64,000 bases of DNA, taken from the NCBI GenBank assembly GCA_002269645.1, contig NIVC01003986.1, positions 1-64,000 on the forward strand, given 5' to 3'. Below, in pieces: positions 12,931 to 23,383 of the stretch. The position numbers were made by a program, and so were the translations under genes. The stretch comes from Macrostomum lignano (Eukaryota). The notes under the pieces were generated by a model that saw nothing but the letters and a program-made list of their open reading frames with translations, had not been told where the DNA came from and searched no databases. Positions within the stretch are counted from its first letter, which is position 1. Each line of letters begins with the position of its first letter.

Positions 12931-13306
12931 TACTATAGCTTTTTGCAGCTTATCTGGGCTTACGCGCATTGAATTTAATCCAAGATAGGTTTGCCAACGC
13001 TGATGGATGCTGTAAACCATCTTTCTTCTATATTCAGCAACCTTAAAATGTCCTTTGGGTGTTTACCTGTTGAGTGCTTTGATCACAATACGTTCGACAA
13101 CCTAGCATGGTTCACAATTCTGGGACTGATCTTGCTCCTCCGCAACAGTTGCAAATAAAGCTATGGACCAAATTGATGCTTGTTTGACCAAATTAAATGC
13201 CGCTGTGGGAGCCTTGCTACCATAGACAAAAGCTCCGTTACATTGGCAAACCTATCTTGGATTAAATTCAATGCGCGTAAGCCCAAATGGGCTGCAAAAA
13301 GCTATA
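12931..13306. mobile_element. MITE with ~60-bp imperfect TIRs; interior probably derived from the 5' end of a Tc1/IS630-like transposase
   Basis: TATAGCTTTTTGCAGC...GGGCTTACGCGCATTGAATTTAATCCAAGATAGGTTTGCCAA (12934-12996) is mirrored at 13243-13306. A diverged inverted copy at 15760-16059 encodes an HTH-like peptide (RLSNECHWLVIEALGRGEHPKDISRLLNIEKR). Confidence 0.7.
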
Positions 13307-13736
13307 TTATTGTGCCATAGACATTTGTGTCCTTGAAAAAGTGGGACAGAATAATCGGGCGTTAAATGTCATTAACTGCCCGCTAATTTGCCTTAAAGTA
13401 AGTTTAAAGCAATAAAGTCCTGCAAGCGGGCTTAAATGTAGTCTATGGCATTAAAAGGCAAGAATAAGTGCCCAGCGGGCACAAAGGTCATGGTACAATG
13501 GGTGTTCACTGCATTGTCAAAAATCAGCCTTTAGGATAATGCAATCGTCTATGGTTAAACCATGAGCACATTCCATTTCTTTTTTCACTTAAACTTCAGG
13601 ATAATGATTTCGAACTCGGGATAATGGACGCCTATTTTTAGAACAAAACAACAAACACCAACAACAAAAGATTAGCGCTATGGAAAGTTAATAGTGCAGT
13701 ATCAATATGGCGCAATTGTAATAGTGCCGAAGACCA

Positions 13737-15248
13737 TTACAGATTGCAATTGTTGAAAGTGCAGTTGTTCATAATAAAGATATTCCGACCGTTCATCGGA
13801 CGACCATCAGACACGCTCACTGCTTCTTGCACGATGGAACTTTGGATGCTGATGTCAGCAGGCATTGTTTCTTGACCGTGGGTCGCGGCGCTTTGTCCAA
13901 TGTTCAACGCACGCGACACTGCATCGCTGCATTGTTGCAGGGACTTGTCCCGTTTAACTGCCAGGTAGCGCCGGACCGTGCTCTCGGACTTTTGACCCGT
14001 GATAGCCATGATCTCGCTCATCGAATGCCCAGCCGATTCCAGGTCACACACTCTGCTAACTCTAGAACAATTGAGCAATTGAACTGTAAATTAGACTCAA
14101 TCAGACACAAGTTGAAAACATCACATGCACTTCCCCGACCAACTGACTCACCGAATGCTATGATTGGTGTATTCCTTAGACAGCTTCGCTTTTTTGCTTC
14201 ATGAAAGTCCTCAGGTAATTTATTCCTCGTTTCTGCTTTGAGCAAAATCGTCTGGTGCCTCCTGCATTCTTCAGTGGCTGGGAAACAATGAGTCGTTCTT
14301 CGTCTCCGTTGGTAATATAGCCATGTAGTCGTCCACAATTCCAACATCGTAGATTCTCGCCTGCTTTACGTCGATGTCACGCTTGGCTCGATTGGGATCG
14401 GCAGACTTGTTTTTGGAATTCAGTACAGGCAATGCGTAGTACGGTCTTCCAACCGAGTCTTCGCGCTTCACCAACCACTTCTTGGATTTAATCGAGATGT
14501 TCCTTCCTCGTTCTCCTAGGCCGTACATAACGCGAAATAGAAACTCATCCTGAGTGGTCTCTGCACTTGATCTGTCGAAATACGTCCGTAGCTTCTCCAT
14601 ATCACCCTCCTCGATTGGCGGATATGATCGAACTTGACCGCCGGAGTTGTGCCATTCCCTGACTTTCATTCGGAGCATTCTATTCACTAGAACGAATTCC
14701 TCACCATCGATAATGTTGATCGTTAATCCAGCCACCATAGTCAGAAAGCGCTGTATCCCGGCGCGGATGCACACAAGACTTGCAGGCGAGTATGGACCGC
14801 CATCATGGCGACGCAATTGGTAGTAGTAATACCTAAGAAACTCACACATCTCAACACGACTCAATTCATGAACAGCAGCTCCATGTTCCAATTGCACAAA
14901 AACGTTACCATGAGCAATCATCTGCTCTCGCGTCTTGGTTGGTAGGCTCACTATTTCATCTTTCGTCATTGCCTCTTGCATATCCAAAGGAACTCGTTTC
15001 GGCTCAGTTTCATTCTCTCCATCCTCTTCAGCTGGAGCATCATCCTCGGTCGGTAGCAGAGGCAAATCATCGGCAGTATCACCGCTCTCAAGAAAGTGCA
15101 AGAAGTTCAAAAAGTCTTCGTTATCCTTCATGTCCTTCTGAGATGTGGAAAGTCTTGAGATCCAATTGAGTTCGCTGCTAGATACGTTGGCTAAACTTTC
15201 GACAGGCAGATTGCCCCAGTTGATCGGATATGACGTCTGGTTTTCCAT
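13737..15248 (-). mobile_element. Crypton-type tyrosine recombinase (DUF3504-like), disrupted by two frameshifts, with one 90-bp intron
   Basis: N-part: YYYQLRRHDGGPYSPASLVCIRAGIQRFL and YGLGERGRN (first Arg). Shifted frames give GINYLRTFMKQ and LSKEYTNHSIR. GT-AG intron at 14151-14062, then VSRVCDLESAGHSMSEIMAITGQKSESTVRRY (catalytic Tyr). Confidence 0.82.
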
Positions 15249-15759
15249 GGCCAGGCAAATGTAGCTATTTACGTTTTATTCTCTCTTTCTCTCCACATCT
15301 CCTTCCTTTCCACCCTCTTAACCCCCGGCCTGTTTGCAACTTCGTTGTCTATGGCCCAAACTCCAGTAAACCACCTCAGTCTTTATGTCTCTCTCTCCTC
15401 GGTAACCCCTCTCTCCTTTCGATGCCCTTTTTGTCTATGGCCCCACTGAAATCCGACAATGAATGATTCCTGCACGGTCAGGAGTCACGAGTGCGGGAAT
15501 GACATCTGCACGAGTGGGCTCCACATTGCAGATGTCATTCCCGCACTCGTGAACGTGAAGGAATCCCATTGTCGGATTATTCATCGTGCAGGAATGCGCA
15601 AAACCGTGCAGGAATGCATTTCTGCGCCTAATGCTTTTTCAGTGAGATTTTACCATAGACATCCATTCCTGCACACAAAAGAGTGCAAGAATGCCATTCC
15701 TGCATGGAAAATCAGCCGACAATGCGGTTATTCGTAAGTGAGACTTTAGGATAATAGTT

Positions 15760-16059
15760 GGGCTTACGCGCAGCGCATTGAGTCCAAAATGTTTGCCAAT
15801 GCAACGGAGCTTTTGTCTATGGTAGAAAGGCTGGCACAGCGGCATTTAATTTGGTCCAACAAGCATCAATTTGGTCCATAGCTTCATTTGCAACTGCTGC
15901 GGAGGAGCAAGATCAGCTCCATAATTGTGAACCATATGCTAGGTTGTCGAACGAATGCCACTGGCTTGTGATCGAAGCACTCGGCAGAGGTGAACACCCA
16001 AAGGACATTTCAAGATTGCTGAATATAGAAAAAAGATGGTTTACAGCATCCATCAGCGT
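15760..16059. mobile_element. Diverged, inverted partial copy of the 12931-13306 element
   Basis: Aligns by eye to the reverse complement of about 12990-13292 (e.g. CGGAGCTTTTGTCTATGGTAG, AAGCATCAATTTGGTCCATAGC, GATGGTTTACAGCATCCATCAGCG). Confidence 0.8.
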
Positions 16060-16959
16060 GGTCGAGGCTGCACTCCCTCATCTGTTCTGCATCTGCATCT
16101 GTTCGATTTATTCGATTTGGTTTACGTACAATTTTCTCTGCGCCTTCGTGGGTGTCACGTCATTGGATACGTAGTGGATGCTCCAATTTTGGCGATTATG
16201 GTTAAAAGCCTTTAATGGGAGCACCCGAATTTGTAGCCCGGCTCGTCCATATACAGTCTCCATCCAGAATTTTTGTTGAACCAAGTAATTCGTTGCATCC
16301 AAATTGTACACACATTTGTTGGGACAGTTGTGAATATTATGTGACTGACAACTATGCACTTGAATCAAGTTTTTTTCGCCGCTTGCACATTGAGGACAGT
16401 TCATTGTCATTTTTGCTACCGTGTTGCTTCTACATTTTAGACAAGTTCAGGAATCGCGCTACGAGCATATTAAGTATTATTTTTGTATTGAATGAGTGCA
16501 GTTCATATGTCATTCTATATTTTTATTCTTGTTGTTGCCATCCTTGCTACTTCCTCGTTGCTTCCACACTTTAGAACGCATAGGAATCCCGTAATTTCTG
16601 GGTATTTCTTCGTTCCTTGTTAAACTTTCACACCTTGTTAATCTTTTGGTTAAAATTAAAATTATTAGTAGAAACACATGTACATAAAAGGCTGTATTCA
16701 CTAGACTTTAATTTCTATTCATGTATTATCCAGATTGCTTCAGAAGAAAAAGGCCACTAAAACCATAGACACGAATTCAAAGCGGCCTTTTAGAATTCTG
16801 CCAGTATTTGCAAGTGTAACATCCTGTGTTGTTAGGTAGTCCATGTATAGAATCTGTGCTCCCAGACGTGCTTCAGTGCCTCATTTTCATATGGTCTAGC
16901 GAACAAGTGAGATGAAATAATTAATTTTCTACCCTGGACAAAACAGTTATCACGCACGC

Positions 16960-17468
16960 TGACCAGGACACACGTTGGTGCCGTGACCAGGACACAATGT
17001 TGGTGCCGTGACCAGGACACACGTTGGTGCCGTGACCAGGACACAATGTTGGTGCCGTGACCAGGACACAATGTTGGTGCCGTGACCAGGACACACTGTT
17101 GGTGACGTGACCAGGACACAATGTTGGTGCCGTGACCAGGACACAATGTTGGTGCCGTGACCAGGACACAATGTTGGTGACGTGACCAGGACACACGTTG
17201 GTGCCGTGAACCAGGACACACTGTTGGTGCCGTGACCAGGACACAATGTTGGTGCCGTGACCAGGACACACTGTTGGTGACATGACCAAGACACACGTTG
17301 GTGCCGTGACCAGGACACAATGTTGGTGCCGTGACCAGGACACACTGTTGGTGACGTGACCAGGACACACGTTGGTGCCGTGACCAGGACACAATGTTGG
17401 TGCCGTGACCAGGACACACTGTTGGTGCCGTGACCAGGACACACTGTTGGTGCCGTGACCGGACACAG
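16960..17468. repeat. Minisatellite, 24-26-bp unit CCAGGACACAATGTTGGTGCCGTGA, ~20 copies
   Basis: Direct periodicity with length variants; source of the Cys/His-rich ORFs at 16832-17480. Confidence 0.95.
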
Positions 17469-17817
17469 AAGAAGAGGCATCGGCTGCTTGGAGAACCCGA
17501 TTATTGATAGGCAGGCAAATGGCAGGAGTTTAAAAAAGCCATTAATGAGGATTTATTTTTTCAGCATATCTTCAATTTTGAAACATTTTGTTACAGAACC
17601 CGAGCGCAACGTCAAGATATTGACTACTCGGACATTGAACCAATAGTCAGTGTGAATTGCTGGTGTAAATTATTTAAGTTTTCCTCAGCTCGGATGGCTG
17701 ACGGCAGATCAGTCGGGACTGTGAGAGGTGGCATCAGAGGCAGCATCGATAGGAGCAGCAGACACGCAAATACATTAAATAGTTCTGAGTTGTTGCCCCC
17801 CCCCCCAGAGCAGCCAG

Positions 17818-18341
17818 TCAGAAGTTCTTGTACGCCCAGATGAAGTTCTCCGTTGTCCAGTTCAGGCGCCGCAGCCTAGTAATGGGGCTGATTCGCAGCG
17901 ACAGGATCCGGCCATACACGTAGCAACAGAGGCACATGAGGCAGAGCAGCGCGCAGCTCTGGAACCGGTAGAGCTTCAGGTGCTCCCAGGCCAGGTGCTG
18001 CCCCCGATTGGGGCTCCGCTTGCCGCAGCCAGTGTTGGGCAGACCCTGCACCCAGTGGTAGGGGTGGCTCTTCCCCGGAGGCTTGGTGAGGCGGCAGAAC
18101 TCGCGCATGTCCGCGGACTGAGCAAAGACGCCGATCGCTTCGGGCGGTGAGCTATTCCGCGCCAGCAGCTCGTTGAGGCTGCAGATGTCCTCCCCGAACC
18201 GCATGAGGCGGGTCGCCACTCGCAGCGTCATCGCCCGGGATTCCAGAAGGTCCTTCAAAGAGATCGCCTTGCCCGATTTGGTGCAGAAGTCCGCGGGAAA
18301 GTCCTTGCCGCCTATTTTTAGTGAGAACGGCTCGCTCTGCT
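17818..18341 (-). CDS. Probable terminal coding exon of an unidentified protein (~174 aa)
   Basis: Non-repetitive, GC3-rich open frame (QSEPFSLKIGGKDFPADFC...LNWTTENFIWAYKNF*) preceded by an acceptor-like CTTAGCTTCCAG. No family recognised; upstream exons not found. Confidence 0.4.
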
Positions 18342-18371
18342 GGAAGCTAAGAGGGTGATCGATGACAGGTA

Positions 18372-19050
18372 AGACAACAGTTGAGACAGCTGAGACAACA
18401 GTTGAGACAGCTGAGACAACAGTTGAGACAGCTGAGACAACAGTTGAGACAGCTGAGACAACAGTTGAGACAGCTGAGACAACAGTTGAGACAGCTGAGA
18501 CAACAGTTGAGACAGCTGAGACAACAGTTGAGACAGCTGAGACAACAGTTGAGACAGCTGAGACAACAGTTGAGACAGCTGAGACAACAGTTGAGACAGC
18601 TGAGACAACAGTTGAGACAGCTGAGACAACAGTTGAGACAGCTGAGACAACAGTTGAGACAGCTGAGACAACAGTTGAGACAGCTGAGACAACAGTTGAG
18701 ACAGCTGAGACAACAGTTGAGACAGCTGAGACAACAGTTGAGACAGCTGAGACAACAGTTGAGACAGCTGAGACAACAGTTGAGACAGCTGAGACAACAG
18801 TTGAGACAGCTGAGACAACAGTTGAGACAGCTGAGACAACAGTTGAGACAGCTGAGACAACAGTTGAGACAGCTGAGACAACAGTTGAGACAGCTGAGAC
18901 AACAGTTGAGACAGCTGAGACAACAGTTGAGACAGCTGAGACAACAGTTGAGACAGCTGAGACAACAGTTGAGACAGCTGAGACAACAGTTGAGACAGCT
19001 GAGACAAAAGTTGAGACAGCTGAGACGACAGTTGAGACAACAACTGAGAC
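18372..19050. repeat. Near-perfect 21-bp minisatellite ACAACAGTTGAGACAGCTGAG, ~32 copies
   Basis: Direct periodicity; open in five of six frames. Confidence 0.97.
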
Positions 19051-19552
19051 AATACGAAGAGACCGACCATGCCATTTAAAACAAAAAATGCCCATATTAT
19101 TACTTACAAGTAGTGAATTACTAGCAATCTTGTGCCCCCCTTCGGAGCGGCCAAGAAGCAAGGGAAATAATTATTTGTGTAATCGTACTCGTATTTGCCT
19201 CAATATTTCAGCAAACCCCTCAAGCCTCGATATCTCAGCACATCCCCCAGTAAGCCCTGACATATTAGCAATTTTCCCGTAAGCCGTGACAATCGTCCCA
19301 GGTCAAGTCAATTTCGACTCTGTAAATCCCCACATAAAATCAGGGGTGGCATGTGCTGTCCAGCGAACGTGGCGGCAAGGCCATGTTCGGTGAACCATTA
19401 CCGCACCGAGCCTTGTGACAACTGGAGGTTTTTTGCAATAAATCCTGGATAGGATCAACCCTAGGTGGTTTCACTTCAATTTATTGCTGGGGACAAAGTT
19501 TTATTACACTTGAACATCTGGCGCCTTACTTGCGACACCCTGTGTAAATACG

Positions 19553-19956
19553 CTGGGGCGTCCTCATGGATTTTATGGTAGGGGGGACAAAGCCAAGAAT
19601 TCAACATGTACATGACTAAATTTTGGCACTTATTTTGGCGCCGCAGGCATTCCTTTTAGCGTCGTAGGCATTCCTTTTAGCGCCGCAGGCACTCATTTCA
19701 GCGCCGCAGGCACTCGCTTTAGCGCCGCAGGCACTCATTTTAGCGCCGCAGGCACTCGCTTTAGCGCCGCAGGCACTCATTTCAGCGCCGAAGGCGCTAT
19801 ATTTTGGCGCCCTGAAGAAAAATTATTGATTACCACAACGACTCACAAGGTGGGGTGGTGGGGGGGGACAAAGCATTGGCATGTCCCCCCCAGAGCTTTT
19901 ACTAGGGGGGGGGGGCACATGTCCCCCTGTCCCCCCCCCCGGTGGCGACGCGCCTG
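19553..19956. mobile_element. hAT-like non-autonomous element with 8-bp TSD and an internal 22-bp subrepeat
   Basis: TAAATACG at 19545-19552 and 19957-19964. Imperfect TIR CTGGGGCGTC / GACGCGCCTG. Internal GCGCCGCAGGCACTCATTTTA-type repeats; related sequence at about 49965-50150. Confidence 0.65.
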
Positions 19957-20565
19957 TAAATACGGTATCTTACTCGAACCCCAAAATCAAGTTCTATTCA
20001 CCTGTCAATCAATCAGAACAATGACATCTCATTATCAATCATGTAACCGAAGGTATATTGATTGCCAGAAAATTACAGCTTTGAGTTTTCTAACTTGGCC
20101 TCGCGAAACGCTTAAATGACAAATCCATCAACTTGACCAACAACTCACCCTTGCGCTACAAGCACTGCTGTCAGGCTGACTGCTGCAATGAAGACAAATT
20201 TGAAGGCTGTTTCTAAAGGCATGCTGAGGGGAGACAAACAGCGATGAGACGGCTTGCCTGAGGAATGCTGTGGGCTGTGGCAATGTAAGATTACTACTAG
20301 GTTTACTCGTACGATAATAGTCTTGGCTCGAGTGCGCGAAGCGCACGAGTGCCATAGACTATTATCGCACTCGAAAGCCTAGTAGTAATCTTACATTGTC
20401 CCATGACTGAGCGTGCGTTGAAAAAATTCTTCGTCACAGCACTGTACTTTATTATCTGCACGCTTTTTGTTCCCGCAGCTAGGAGTTCCTACCATAGACA
20501 TTTTCTTAGTGACCATAGACAATTTCTTGCTATGCACAAGCTTCTGCTCGTGAGTTTGGCCCCAT

Positions 20566-21170
20566 ATGGATTCATTATTTCCTAACGGCATGAGAAGCGG
20601 CATGACGGCCGGTGAGATCTCCCACCATTTAGAGTGGGCCGACGTTGAGAAGCTTGTGGACGAGCAGTTACGTCTCCAAGCAACTAGTGTGGACGACAAC
20701 GAGGAGCTGAACCGCCTATTCGACTCCATCCCTGATTTGAACGACGACTTGGCCTCGATCGACCTTGACGCATCAATCCGGGCGCTGGAGCAGGAGACCG
20801 ATGTAAAATCGTCTAAGAAGCATGAGGCTCAATACGTCGCGAAATTTCGCGATTTCTTGGCCAAGTATCCACACCTGCGCGTCGATTTGGACACCTCGCA
20901 ACCTGAGGAGCTGAGCGTTGGCCTGCGCTACTTTTACGGCACTCTTCGCAAGACTGATGGCCAGCCGTATGCTCCTAGCAGCCTCGTGTGCATTCGCGCT
21001 GCCTTGTTCCGCTACCTGATGAAGAACCGGGGCATCAACATCATTTTCGATGGTCGATTCTACTCTGCAAATCAAATGCTGAAGGCCGGTGGGCGTCTTT
21101 TCTTTGCCCGCGGTGGCCGCGTGGACCACTTCCAGGCAATGGAGCCATCGGACCTACAGAAACTGGGTGA
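20566..21170 (+). mobile_element. Second, 3'-truncated Crypton-type tyrosine recombinase copy
   Basis: LRYFYGTLRKTDGQPYAPSSLVCIRAALFRYL...GINIIFDGRFYSANQML...MEPSDLQKL is clearly homologous to the N-part of 14271-15248. It stops before the first catalytic Arg; HxxR and Tyr are absent. Confidence 0.78.
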
Positions 21171-21457
21171 CTCGCTGTACGCTATTATCTGCACGCTTTT
21201 TCATTATCTGCACGCTTTTTTCATTATCTGCACGCTTTTTTGGCTACGCCGCATAGGGTTGGGCCATAGACTGTAAGATTAATGCACGCTTTTTGGACAA
21301 AAAACGCACGCTCAGTCATGGGACAATGAAGTGAAGCCGGTTTTCAGAATTCAGCTACTCTCCGGTAAGCAAGCTTTAGTCTATGGCCCAAACTGCAGCT
21401 GGATCGAAAATTCTTTCTAGCAGTCAGTCAGTGGCTTTGAACAGCATCGTAGCTGAG

Positions 21458-21740
21458 CTGGCGCCCCTTGGTGCTGGCGCCCCTTGGTGCTGGCGTCCCT
21501 TGGTGCTGGCGCCCCTTGGTGCTGGCGCCCCTTGGTGCTGGCGCCCCTTGGTTCTGGCGCCCCTTGGTGCTGGCGCCCCTTGGTGCTGGCGCCCCTTGGT
21601 GCTGGCGCCCCTTGGTGCTGGCGCCCCTTGGTGCTGGCGCCCCTTGGTGCTGGCGCCCCTTGGTGCTGGCGCCCCTTGGTGCTGGCGCCCCTTGGTGCTG
21701 GCGCCCCTTGGTGCTGGCGCCCCTTGGTGCTGGCGCCCCT
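21458..21740. repeat. 16-bp minisatellite GGCGCCCCTTGGTGCT, ~17 copies
   Basis: Direct periodicity. Confidence 0.95.
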
Positions 21741-22294
21741 CAAGATAGCGCCCCACAATGGCGCCCCTCAAAGACGCGGCCCCCCAACTGGAAATCCTCG
21801 CGAGCGAGCACACGGGCGCGCGCTTATTGAGGCACCAAAGCGTTAATTTGTGGGAAAGAGCGTAAAGACAGAAAGTAGCAAAATGCAGCAAATTTTTTAA
21901 ATCAATCCTGAATGACCCTTGGACACCAAAAAGTTCCCATTGTCGGTGCGCTCTCGCACTTTATTGTATAATAAAAATCATTTTGTCTTAGAAAAACTTC
22001 TAGAATAAAAGGTATGGAGAAAAGCTTAGAACTCAGAAAATCGAGGCCAAAATGTGGGAGAGCCGAATGTCATAAAACTGAAACGACAGGACGGCACGGT
22101 CGGTTCTGGAAGAAATTCAACATTTGCTGTCTGTTTAGCTGGAAGAACAAAGCACACTCTGGTTCCTTGGCAACCGCCCGTTGCTAAGGTAAACCGTAAC
22201 GCATAAAAGTATATGGTAGCACACAATAGGGGAAATCATGGATTGGTCATTTACAAAGGCTGGCCCAGTTGCTAAGGACTCAGCTCAGCTCAGC

Positions 22295-23226
22295 TCAGGC
22301 CAGGCGGTGCTGCTTGGCGGCGAGCTCGGCCAGACGGGCATTCAAATTCTGCGCCAGCGACAGCGCCTTGCCGGACACCAGCGACGTGTCCGACTCGGCC
22401 ATCTTGCTGGCCACGAAGTCGCGAATCACGAAGTTGTTCTGCTCCTGGTGCTGCCACCTGCGCTCCAGGTTGGCTAGCTGGGCGTGCGTCTCGTTGTCCG
22501 ACAGCTCCCGGCGGCGGGCGTCGCACTCGCGCTCGAGGCTGCGGATGAGCCGCTTCATCCGGTCCCGGCGGCTGGACAGGGCGTGGCGCTGCCGGCCCAG
22601 CTGCGGTGGGGTAGCCGGGGTGGGACAGATGCAGGCAGTGTGGGACAGATGCAGACAGGGTGGGACAGATGCAGACAAGGTGGGACAGATGCAGGCCGGG
22701 TGGGACAGATGCAGGCAGGGTGGGACAGATGCAGGCCGGGTGGGACAGATGCAGGCAGGGTGGGACAGATGCAGACAGGGTGGGACAGATGCAGGCAGGG
22801 TGGGACAGATACAGACAGGGTGGGACAGATGCAGGCCGGGTGGGACAGATGCAGGCAGTGTGGGACAGATGCAGACAGGGTGGGACAGATGCAGGCAGGG
22901 TGGGACAGATGCAGACAGGGTGGGACAGATGCAGGCCGGGTGGGACAGATGCAGACAGGGTGGGACAGATGCAGGCCGGGTGGGACAGATGCAGGCAGGG
23001 TGGGACAGATGCAGACAGGGTGGGACAGATGCAGGCAGGGTGGGACAGATGCAGACAGGGTGGGACAGATGCAGGCAGGGTGGGACAGATGCAGACAGGG
23101 TGGGACAGATGCAGGCCGGGTGGGACAGATGCAGGCAGGGTGGGACAGATGCAGACAGGGTGGGACAGACACGGAAGCGACTTGACTGCCAAAAATGTAG
23201 GTGTGGGTTAGGTTTTCGACCTCGAA

Positions 23227-23287
<61 letters not shown>

Positions 23288-23290
23288 CTC

Positions 23291-23383
<93 letters not shown>

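Noticed and set aside
15651-15824. Inverted TACCATAGACA/TGTCTATGGTA pair as a separate small element
   Set aside because: The right-hand site lies inside the 15760-16059 repeat copy and has the same context as 13220, so the pairing may be coincidental.
18362-19282. TTVETAE-repeat ORF as a mucin or antifreeze-like protein
   Set aside because: The perfect 21-bp repeat is open in five frames simply because the unit lacks stops. No signal peptide or convincing flanking domain; most likely intronic.
22161-22194. Two X-box-like strings (GTTCCTTGGCAAC, GTTGCTAAGGTAAAC)
   Set aside because: Imperfect spacing, located 3' of IFT74 and not near an identified start.
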